A stretch of DNA of 64,000 bases from Chrysemys picta bellii. Taxonomy: Eukaryota. The stretch lies in contig NC_088807.1 in assembly GCF_011386835.1 (NCBI RefSeq), positions 25,234,001 through 25,298,000 of the forward strand, written 5' to 3'. Below, piece by piece: positions 1 through 13,140 of this stretch; position 1 is the first letter of the stretch; each line of letters opens with the position of its first letter. Under the pieces are notes generated by a model. It saw nothing but the letters and a program-made list of their open reading frames with translations. It had not been told where the DNA came from and ran no database searches. A program made the translations under genes and the position numbers.

Positions 1-127
1 GGCTCGCTCGCTGGCTGCCTCGCTCCGTGACTCGGTGGCCGGCTTGCTCCCTGCATGGCACCCTGGTTCTCCACCTGATAGTTTCTCCTTGAATTTCCCG
101 GGTTCTCCCTCTGCCCACGCCGCCCAG

Positions 128-3073
<2,946 letters not shown>

Positions 3074-3335
3074 GCTGGACTGAGACACAGAGACACCAGG
3101 AGGTGGGGGTGTCCTGGTGTGAGCCGACTGTACCTCCCCCGGCCCCTACTGAGACCATCGGACACAACCTCAAGAGCTGGCGGGCTTCAGCTGGGGCATC
3201 TGGCACCAGGGCATGGGCATCGGGGACTGGGGGGGGGGGGCTAGTGGCCCCATGGGGAATCACAGTCCCTGTCCCCTGCCCACTGGCCAGCCATTAACCC
3301 CTCCCTGCCTTGGAGTGAACTGGAAGGCCAAGAAT

Positions 3336-3700
3336 TCTATGATGGGTCCGGATCCCACTTCTGCCACCATCTTATAAGTGCAGAGAGAGGGAATAGACAC
3401 CATAGAGAGTGACCACTATCTCTACATCTCCCCCACCAAAATAACATGACCTGGTCCTCTCTAGGAACTGGAGGACTGAGACATCTATGGTCAGTTTGGA
3501 TCCCACTGCTACCACCATGTTGTAGGAGCAGAGTGAGAGAACAAACACCATGGAGAATGACCTCTATCCTGCATCTGTCCCCCTGCCACACACACTCCAT
3601 TCACCGTGCCCTGGTCCTCTCTAGGAACCGGAGGACTGAAATCTCTATGGTTGATTCCGATCCCACCCTGTTGTAGCAGCAGAGAGAAGAAGGACACACC
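3336..3700 (+). repeat. Degenerate ~160-bp tandem repeat in PORCN 3' UTR (~2.3 copies)
   Basis: CTGGTCCTCTCTAGGAAC(T/C)GGAGGACTGA recurs at ~3450 and ~3611 with similar flanks (GATCCCAC...GCAGAG). Confidence 0.7.
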
Positions 3701-3921
3701 CCGGCCCCCGCCCAGAACTCCTCCCCATGCAAGGTCCCCTCTAGGACCTGCAAGACCCAGAACTCTGTGAGTTTATATGGCCCGAGTTACAGCTGCTACC
3801 CCCCCCCCCCCCGACCACCAAACCTGCCAAGGGTGGGGGACAGGAAAGTACTGTACTTAGCTTAGAAAAAGGGATTCTTTTTTAACAGAAAACCCCCAAG
3901 TATGAGATTTGTTACCTGTAA

Positions 3922-3934
3922 AATAAATAATAAA
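3922..3934 (+). terminator. Candidate PORCN polyadenylation signals
   Basis: AATAAATAATAAA about 850 nt after the stop codon. Confidence 0.6.
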
Positions 3935-4420
3935 CACAATGTATGCACAGAACCACTCCTGCCTCCCGCTGGCTGGATTGCTTAATGAGCCATTCCCGCT
4001 TTAATAATAACGCGTCGTTAATCGATGGTGCGGCTTCTCCTTCCAAACTCAAAGCCTTTTGCACCCATTCATGCTTCATTATTAATGACTTATTAATCAT
4101 TTGCACTATCACCAGGATCAGGTCCCCTATTGCAATGGGTGCCACCCCCCCCCCCCATCTCCCCACCAGACTGAGATTGGGGGCCTCCGTGGTGCCAGAC
4201 AGACACCCCAGCTGAGAGTGGAGCCCATCCTGCCAGGAGCTAGAGTAACCCGCTCGAGCCCACTCCCCTCCCAGAGCTGGGGATAGGACCCAGGAGCCGT
4301 GAGCTCTCCATCTAGTGGCAGAGAGTTCCACAGGCCTCAGCCACCGAACCGTTCGCCGCTGCCCAGCAAGTGGAGGAAGCCGGACTTGGACCCCGTTACC
4401 TGGCGCTCGCACCTGGGCTG

Positions 4421-4434
4421 GGTCAATGATTAAT
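4421..4434 (+). promoter_or_regulatory. HNF1-like site upstream of the OST-alpha-like ATG
   Basis: GGTCAATGATTAAT versus consensus GGTTAATNATTAAC, ~125 nt upstream of ATG 4558. Motif match only. Confidence 0.4.
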
Positions 4435-4557
4435 TAGTACAGTGACTAACGAGGAAGGCTCCTTCCTTGGGGGGGCGGGGGAGAGGGCAGGGGAAGCTGG
4501 AAACAGAGAATCAAGGACGCCGGGCGGTGTCTGAAGAGAGGGGAGGGGAGGGCAGAA

Positions 4558-7500
4558 ATGGCGCGACCCCAAAACTGCACCCACCACAGCGGCCAGTTCC
4601 CCCTGTCCTCAGAGATCTTCCAAGGTGGGACCCAGGCGTCCGGGCGCCCCGAGGACCAGAGTGGAGGGGGGGGGGAGCGTGCAGCCATGGGGGAGGGAAT
4701 CCGGCCCGAATGGAGGGGGAGTCCCTGGGGAGGGGTCAGCCCGGGGTGGGCACTTGGGGGGACCAGGAGCTCTGTGGGGCTCAGGCTCACTCCTCCCCCA
4801 CTCTCTCTGCCTTCGCCCCCCCCCCTCCCCCCCCCCAGTGTTCCAAGCCCAGCTGTGGATTTTTCTCATTCCCACGGCCCTGGGCCTGGTGCAGCTCGGC
4901 CTCTTCCTGGAGCAGACGGGCTTCTTCCTACGCCGCCGGGGTGCCTCCCGCCGGACCAGCCTCTCCCTCTGGATCCTGGGGGTCTACCCGGTAAGGCAGG
5001 AGAGAACCCAGGAGTCCGGGCTCCCAGCCCCCCCTGCTCTAACCACCAGACCCCACTCCCCTCCCAGAGCCAGGGAGAGAACCCAGGAGTCTGGGCTCCC
5101 AGCCCCCCCTGCTCTAACCACTAGACCCCACTCCCCTCCCAGAGCCAGGAAGAGAACCCAGGAGTCCGGGCTCCCAGACCACCCCCCCCGCTCTCACCAA
5201 CAGACCCCACTCCCCCCCAGAGCCAGGGAGAGAACCCAGGAGTCCTGGCTCCCAGCCCCCCCTGCTCTAACCACTAGACCCCACTCCCCTCCCAGAGCCA
5301 GGAAGAGAACCCAGGAGTCTGGGCTCCCAGACCACCCCCCCGCTCTCACCAACAGACCCCACTCCCCCCCAGAGCCAGGGAGAGAACCCAGGAGTCCGGG
5401 CTCCCAGCCCCACCCGCTCTCTCACCACCAGACCCCACTCCCCTCCCAGAACTGGAGAAAGAACCCTGGAGTCCGGGCTCCCAGCCCCCCCTGCTCTAAC
5501 CACTAGACCCCACCGCCCCCCCCCCGAGCCAGGGAGAGAACCCAGGAGTCCGGGCTCCCCTGACACTGTTCTCTGCTCCATCCCCAGGTGTTCAGCAGCA
5601 TGTCCCTCATTGCCATGTACATCCCCCGATCCTCCTTCGTCTGTAACTTTGTTGCGAACATGTGAGTGTCCTGGAAGCAGGGGGCGGGACTTAAGTTAAA
5701 GAGGAGGGGCATAGTGAGGCAATGTTATGTGCGGCTGTTCCCCAGATGCCCTGCCCCAGAGGTGGCTGCATCTCAGCACCAGGCGAGCCGTCCCTGTGCA
5801 GTGTTATATGCAGCTGTTCCCCCAGCTGTCCCACCCCAGCATCAGCAGCATCTCCATGCCACCTTGCCTGCCCCATCTCCGCAGCTACCACTCCATCACC
5901 CTGTGGAAATTCCTGGACTTGGTGACCGATTTCTTCGGGGGCTCGGCCCGCATGGTCCAGCGCCTGCGGGGTCAGCACGTGGCCCCCAACCCCTTCCCCT
6001 GCTGCTGCTGCTGCTGTCTGCCCAACATTTCCACCAGCTGGTAAGTGCCCGGCCAGCTAAAACCTGGCATTTCTGGCCCCGCATCCCGCTGTGCCCAGGC
6101 CTCCAGCCGCAGCCATGGTGGGTTCCCGTGCCCAGCTGGCCTCGGCACCCCCCTGATGTGGGTCAGGGGTTCTTCTGTTGTTCCTAGTGTTGTACTTAAA
6201 GTACTGCACAGGATTTTTTCAGGGGGAATAAGACAAAACGCCACATTTATTAGTGATACATGTATTCATTAACACTGTATTATATGCATATAATATATTA
6301 CACTTACACTCACACACACACACAAACACACTCCGTCTTGTTGTTACCAATTAGTTGCTCCCCTTAACTTCACTGGCCAGGTGAGTTAGATGGGGGAGGG
6401 GGTGGAGCCGGGCTTCTGCCGATCCGGATCGATGCTCCCATGTTAACAAGACGAGACCCGGGGTCCTCTGCAAGACACCTCACTTTTATAGCAGCTTTTC
6501 TCTGATGCAAATCTAGACCAGATTCAAACTCTGTGTCTGTGTCCATTGGTCCTTTGTGCTGCTTTCTTTTGAGTGTTGTCCCAATGCTGCAAAGAGGGTG
6601 TTTCCAAAAGAAGGTGCTTGCTTCTAACCCCAGAGGCCCTCGGTATGTCTGCTTGTCTTTAATGAGCCCACTTGACACGTTTTATTGTCCTTGGGTCTGG
6701 CTCCCAGCCCCTCTCCAACAGTTGAGGCTGTCTGGAGGTGCTGCCTTCCATGCCTTGCTCATCCACACCTCATTCATTCAACAGGGCAATTGATTAAGAG
6801 TGGGGGGGGGAGCTCTTGTTCTACTGCTAGCAAACAGAAATTTTTCTTCTATCTTATTCTATCCTGAGGGGCTATAATATTATACCAAGGGCAATGCAAA
6901 GTTTCTAAATGAGGCTTTGATACAAAGTCCCATGAAAACAGAGGTCACAGGTTATATGAAGAGGCACAATGTAAAGTTATATGAAAATTATCAGAGATTG
7001 ATCTACATTGTCCCCCTTTTGACCTCTCAAGAACAATTCTTGAGTGGTCACCATATAAATCTTTTGTATTTGTTGCAAACAAACCAAACAATTATAACCA
7101 GGTGAATATAACTAAAACCATTACAATTGACTAAACACCAGATATAACATAAACACAAATGCAAACAATTATTATTATAATAATTGGAAATACAACAAAA
7201 CCATTCCAATAATTGGGTACATTAACAAACAAAATGAGGCCCAAGTTTGATGCTGCAATAGCCATCAAACAATAAAAGTCACTGAAGTCAGGACCTTCTT
7301 AAGCACACACAACAAATAAGATTTTGTAGGAGTACCACAGTTGTTATGCAAGGTTAAGCTGGTTTGGACTTAAACTAACATTCAGTTGCTAAAATGTTGT
7401 AGAATTCCCTATTTTTAACAGTTGTTTTCAGAGGTTTCTGGGGACCTGAAAGATGGGGCCATACAATTATGGGCCAAGGTCTTACAGGTTATGGGGGCCC

Positions 7501-10500
7501 AAGAACTACCCTTCAGGGCTTGGGGAAATAGAAGCAGAGTACATAGAGGAAAGTGTGGAATTAATAATAATACAAGCAAATGTAACTAACAATACAAATG
7601 TATCAAGAACAAAAATTAACAACAAAATGATTATTAGAGAACCTAACAAAACAAAACAAAATAACCCTGATGCACTGGGGACCAAAGTCTTTTGGACACA
7701 AGGAGTGATTGATAAGTTGGATGGAGATGGGGGAAGTAGAGAAAGGAAAAGACATTTACCCTGTCTAGTGTAGTATCCCCTCTTTTTCTGGACCCAATGC
7801 TAGCACAGGACACCACTAGAGACAGACACAGAACATGCAACACAGAACACTGAACACAGACTTTGTCATGACACTAGAACCATGGTATTTTATAACTCTT
7901 CAGCTGGTACCAGCTCTCCTGATGTTCTGGTCCAGAGCCTGAAAGATAGACGCTTGGAAACAAATTAGCACAGTGCTTCCACCATGGCAGATCCTGCTTG
8001 GTCTCTGCCACAGTGTGTTTGGTACTTGGGGCTGCACAAATGCTAATTAAGTGGTGCATTTCTTGTGAGTGTAAATCCTCCCTTTCTCTCAGTAAAAGGG
8101 GTTAACACTCCATCTAGAAAAAAAATTCTGTTTTAAAATCTCCAGCCATTTTGCCATGGCCTGGAGATCTGAGGCAGAAGCAGGCACTGTTGTTAACTGT
8201 TTCAATGGCATTTTGGCCCTGGGAGGAGGAATTTACCCAAATATCCCAAATATCCCCCTTCCCAATCTCCAGAGGGGTCCCAAAGGTCTGCCCCCTTCTG
8301 GGGTCTTAAATGTTTCTTCTCCTGATGTTACTGCTGCTGTAAGATTTGAGAGTGCTGTTTTAACTCTCTGTACCCAACCTGTTTTCAGTTTCTCTATCTG
8401 TTGCTTGCCTGGGCCCGATCCTGCTTTTTCCAATAAACAGTTCCTTTCCATGGGCACAAGCCTTGTTCCACTACCAATTTAGCAAGGAGGGTGGGCTTTC
8501 CAACTAGCCCCCACCCTTCCTGGTCCCATTCCTTAAACATTTTCTTCAAAATTGTGAAATTACCAGAATATTACTTACAAAAAAACAAACAAACATAAAC
8601 CACACTACACTGCCCAAACTCCTATATCCTTCAGAGTTTGGTTTAACAGAACAAGATCTGCATCTTTTTAACCCACTCTGGGCCAGAGGGAGAGACGCTA
8701 AGCTTCCCTCTGTATTACTCGGTCTGCTACCACCGAGGGTTCATACACCAATTATACAAATCCTTCCCCGGATCAGAGTGAGAAACACTAAGTTCTCCTC
8801 TTTAGCTCAGTCTTGCTACGGCTGAGGGTGTATGTACCTCTATAATACAATTTAAACCTAAACTCCTATATCCTTCAGAGTTTGGTTAATTAACTGAAAG
8901 TTTACGCTCTTTTTCCTCTAGTGCCAGGCTTGCTAAAGCTGCCGGTGTGCACACCAGTTTGATAATAACTGTGGATTTTATGCTTGCTCCCCCTTTCGCA
9001 TTCTCCACCAACATGTTGTACTTAAAGTACTGCACAGGATCTTTTCAGGGGGAATAAGACAAAACACCACATTTATTAGTGATACATGTATTCATTAACA
9101 CTGTATTATATGCATATAATATATTACACTTACACTCACTCACACACACACACACACACACACTCCGTCTTGTTGTTACCAATTAGTTGCTCCCCTTAAC
9201 TTCACTGGCCAGGTGAGTTAGATGGGGGAGGGGGTGGAGCCGGGCTTCTGCCGATCCGGATCGATGCTCCCATGTTGACAAGATGAGACCCGGGGTCCTC
9301 TGCAAGACACCTCACTTTTATAGCAGCTTTCCTCTTATGCTAATCTAGACCAGATTCAAACTCTGTGTCTGTGTCCATTGGTCCTTTGTGCTGCTTTCTT
9401 TTGAGTGTTGTCCCAATGCTGCAAAGAGGGTGTTTCCAAAAGAAGGTGCTCCCTTCTAAACCCCCCCCCCCCCCCCCCCAGGCCGTCAGTATGTCTGCTT
9501 GTCTTTAATGAGCCCACTTGACACGTTTTATTGTCCTTGGGTCTGGCTCCCAGCCCCTCTCCAACAGTTGAGGCTGTCTGGAGGTGCTGCCTTCCATGCC
9601 TTGCTCATCCACACCTCATTCATTCAACAGGGCAATTGATTAAGAGTGGGGGGGGGAGAGCTCTTGTTCTACTGCTAGCAAACAGAAATTTTTCTTCTAT
9701 CTTATTCTATCCTGAGGGGCTATAATATTATACCAAGGGCAATGCAAAGTTTCTAAATGAGGCTTTGATACAAAGTCCCATGAAAACAGAGGTCACAGGT
9801 TATACGAAGAGGCACAATGTAAAGTTATATGAAAATTATCAGAGATTGATCTACACTAGGCGCATGGGTTTGACGTACCAGCCCCCTAACCCGGAGCCAC
9901 AATGGTCCCCTTTAGCATTAGCCCCTTCGTACCCAATGGGGAGCCAGATGAAGCAAGGGGGAAACCGAGGCACGCGTAGGGGTCACCCAAATTCCTATAT
10001 TCTCCATACGGGGCTGCGGCAAGGCTGGGAACTCTCTTCCCCAAGCCAGGCAAGGCAGCCCAAGGAGGAGATGGATCATCTCAATCTCTCCCATTTAAGC
10101 TGTTCCCTCATTGGAGCAGGGTGTCTGGTCGCTGGGTCTCCCGCCTCCCAGTGCCGTAACCCCTAGGCTATACCGTCATTCTCGCTCTGGGGCCCTGTGG
10201 CTGAGTGGAGGAGGTCGACCTGTCGTCTAGGGAGTCCCCTTAAGCTGATCACCCCCATGTCTCACCCGCTCCCCATCCGCAAGGTCCAACCTACGCTGGA
10301 TGACCCTGGCCGTGTACCAGCTGTCCCTCATCAGGACCATCCTCTTCTTCATCACGCTCATCCTCTGGACCGACGAGAAGTATGACTACGGCGATGTGAG
10401 TTGCTCTGGCCCCATGCCGTCCCCTCCCCCTCCCCGGCATGGGGTGGGCAGACCCCTCGGGGTAGAGGGGGTAACTCGTCTACCGAGGGCAGGGAATGGT

Positions 10501-12163
10501 GGCACCAGCTTAGCATTGGGGTTGGGTGTTAAGATGGAGTGTAGGTTGGGGTGGGTCTACTGTTACCCAGGGGTGTAGCATCAGGAGTTACCCTGGGCAT
10601 TGGGTTGAGGGTTACCCTTGGGCGTTGGGTTGGATGTTACCGTAGGGCGCTGGGCTGAGGTGGTTACCCTTGGGCATTGGGTTGGGCCGGGCATTATACT
10701 TGGATATGGGATTGGGTTGAGGTTGGGCATTATCCTTGGGGTGGGGGTTAGGTTCGGTTGACTTTGGGCGCTACCCTTGGGTATTGGGTTGGGCGTTAGC
10801 CTTGGGCATCAGGTTGAGTTGACTTTGGGCATTACCCATCAGAGTTGGGTTGAGCGTTACCCCTGGGTGTTGGGCAGAGATTGGGCATTACCCTCAAGGT
10901 TGGGTTGAATGTTACCCATAGACACTGGGATGGATTGAACATTACCCTTGGGCATTGGGTCAAGGTTGGACTTTACCGTTGGGTGTTGGGCAAGGTTGGG
11001 CATTACTCTTGGCCATGGGGTTGTGTTGAGCTTGGGTGTTCTCCCTAGGCATGAGGTTGGGTTGAGGCTTACCCCAGGCACTGGTCAGTACTTGGGGGCA
11101 CTGAGTTGGGTTGAGCATTATCCTCGGGTGTGAGATTGGGCAGAGCATTATCCTTGGGCATGGGGTGGGGTTGGATTGAGGTTTCTGTGTTATATGGGGT
11201 GTAGGGTTGAGTTGAAGAGGGGCGTTACCCTTGGGTGTGGGAGTGAGTTGGTTGGGCGTTACCCTTGGGCGTGGGGCTGGCCGTTACCCTACAGAGGGAG
11301 GTGGCCTGACAGACCACCCAGACCCATCTTCTGACCCACGGCCTCTCCTGCAGGTGAGCTACACCAACCCCAACTCCTACATCAACGCCATCATTGGTAT
11401 CTCTACCTTGCTGTCCTTCTATGGCTACCTGCTCTTCTACAAGGCCACCCAGCCGGCCCTGGCCGGCTACAACCTGCGTTCCAAGTTCGTCTGCATCATC
11501 CTGGTCCTTGTTGTGTGCGGCCTCCAGAGCGGCATCGTGGAGACCATGGGGGCCCTGGGGGCCATTCCCTGCCGGCCTCCGCTCTCGGCCGATACCCGCT
11601 CCCAGAGTGAGTCCACCTACAGCAATCCCCCGGGGCGGCGCGAGGGTGGGGGCAAGGGGCGCTCGCCCCTGGCAGTCAGGGCCGGGCACAAGGGGGCGCT
11701 GTTCTAACCTCACCGTTCTCCCTTCCCAGTTATCTATTACTACTCCCTGGTGGTGGAGATGTTTCTCATCAGCCTCTTCGCCCATTACTGTTTCCGACGG
11801 GACGAGCTCACCCCGGAGAGCCCCACCGGCACCAAGAACCAGGCCTCCCAGACACAGCTGCCCCCTAGTGGCTCTGGGGAGGACAGCGCCTCCCTGACTG
11901 GCCTCAACCCCTGCTACTCTCCCGATGAGAGCCTCTGCCGAATCGAGCACACGCCGTTGGATCGCTTCCATTTCAGCCCCGGCTTCCCCCGACCTGGAGG
12001 GGGGCTGGGCCAGGGCTGGCCAGCTGGAACTCCCCCGGGGGCCCTCGAGATGGGAGAGCTGAGTCCCGGGGTCCCCGCAAATGGGTCTCCCCCCAGGAAA
12101 ACCGATGCCCATCCCAACGGAATCCAGAACCAACCCAACACCCATGACGTCACCGTGGTATAA
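4558..12163 (+). CDS. Organic solute transporter subunit alpha-like (SLC51A/TMEM184 family), 415 aa, intact
   Basis: Seven exons in consistent phase: 4558-4624, 4839-4990, 5588-5661, 5885-6040, 10284-10395, 11354-11606, 11730-12163 (1248 nt). Hydrophobic TM segments, the cysteine run PFPCCCCCCLP (human SLC51A has GPCCCCCPCCP), SKFVCIILVLVVCGLQSGI (cf. AKFALFQVLLILTALQPSI), IPCRPPLSADTRSQ (cf. IACSPPYSSKTRSQ) and VEMFLISL (cf. LETFLMTV). No symbol given because it is probably a paralog rather than the SLC51A ortholog. Confidence 0.9.
6188..9855 (-). mobile_element. Non-autonomous LTR retroelement (ERV- or gypsy-like), antisense in intron 4 of the OST-alpha-like gene
   Basis: Two direct LTRs, 6188-7007 and 9014-9855 (TG...CA termini, ~98% alike by eye). 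4-bp target duplication CTAG at 6184-6187 and 9856-9859. Minus-strand PBS TGGTGGAGAATGCG at 9010-8997. Polypurine tract AAAAGGGGGACAA next to the 7007 end. TATAAAA (6490-6484) and AATAAA (6251-6246) on the minus strand. The 2.0-kb interior has no gag/pol ORF. Confidence 0.93.
10540..11300 (+). repeat. Degenerate G/T-rich tandem repeat (TTACCCTTGGGCATTGGGTTG...)
   Basis: About 25-30 bp recurring unit in intron 5 of the OST-alpha-like gene. Confidence 0.8.
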
Positions 12164-12736
12164 GCGGGACCCCACCCCACATGGGGCAGGGAGCAGGCAG
12201 AGGTAGAAGACAGATGGTGTTAATCTGCGGAACTCCCTGCTACAGGATACTGCAGGAGGCGACGCTTCCCCAAGAGGATGGGGGGGGACGGAAACTGGTT
12301 GACCCCCAGAAAGAATGGGGATGAGGCAGGAGCTGGAGATCAAATGCTAAGTGCTGTTGTATAATTAGGGTGATCTAGGGGACCCCCTGTACTTACGAAT
12401 GGTGGGGGATATGAAACTGCTGTCGCGGAAGGCCTCTCCGTCTACCCAGCATGGCTGCTAAGTCTTTAAGCAGATACCTCCCAGAGGACGCACCGGAAGA
12501 GCCATCCGGCGAGCTAGAGCAGGAGGGGGTGTCGCTGTTAATTTGGGGATGTCTGCATTATTTCTCATTAATATCGTGTCTGACCCTGTTTCCCTGGCTG
12601 CATCTAGGGCAATCAAAGGAGGCTCAGAGTACACAGACCATCAGCTCTTTGGAGCGGGGCCTGTCAGTCTGTTCTGTGTTCGTACAGGGCCGCGGGGGCA
12701 GCGGGCCAGAGCCGGGGGGGCTCCATTAACGCACAA

Positions 12737-12742
12737 AATAAA
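12737..12742 (+). terminator. Candidate polyA signal of the OST-alpha-like gene
   Basis: First AATAAA after stop 12163. Confidence 0.5.
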
Positions 12743-12942
12743 GCAACGTCGGCTGAGACAGGCTCTCCAGTGCCAGCTTCAAAGGGGCTAAGGCACCAAC
12801 GGCTGGGCCCTTAACCAAGGGAAGATGCTGCCGCCGTTAACCAGTGGAACTTCCTGCTTCATGATATCCCTGAAGGGGAAGATTGCCCAGGTGATTCAGG
12901 GCTGGGGTTGAAAGGCATCCACTGATGACATCTCTGCGAGTC

Positions 12943-12948
12943 TTTATT
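12943..12948 (-). terminator. Candidate polyA signal of FTSJ1
   Basis: Plus-strand TTTATT (AATAAA on minus), ~190 nt past the FTSJ1 stop. Confidence 0.6.
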
Positions 12949-13073
12949 AAAACAGAGGCCATGGGGGGAGGGGGAGCAGGCAGAACCCCCTGCAAAACTG
13001 GCCACAAAGGGTTAAATTAAAATGCTCTTTTCACAGACTCAGAGCAGGGCTCATCCCTGGCAGAGAGGGACGG

Positions 13074-13104
13074 ACACACACAAACACGCACACGCACACA
13101 CACT

Positions 13105-13137
<33 letters not shown>
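13074..13137. repeat. (CA)n microsatellite immediately after the FTSJ1 stop codon
   Basis: Long imperfect CA run. Confidence 0.9.

Positions 13138-13138
<1 letters not shown>

Positions 13139-13140
<2 letters not shown>

Noticed and set aside
7490-7850. Hydrophobic minus-strand frames inside the LTR element, suggestive of an env signal peptide or TM anchor
   Set aside because: They are explained by T-rich composition; there is no furin site, CX6CC motif or heptad region, and the frames are short and broken. An HMM search would be needed to revive the idea.
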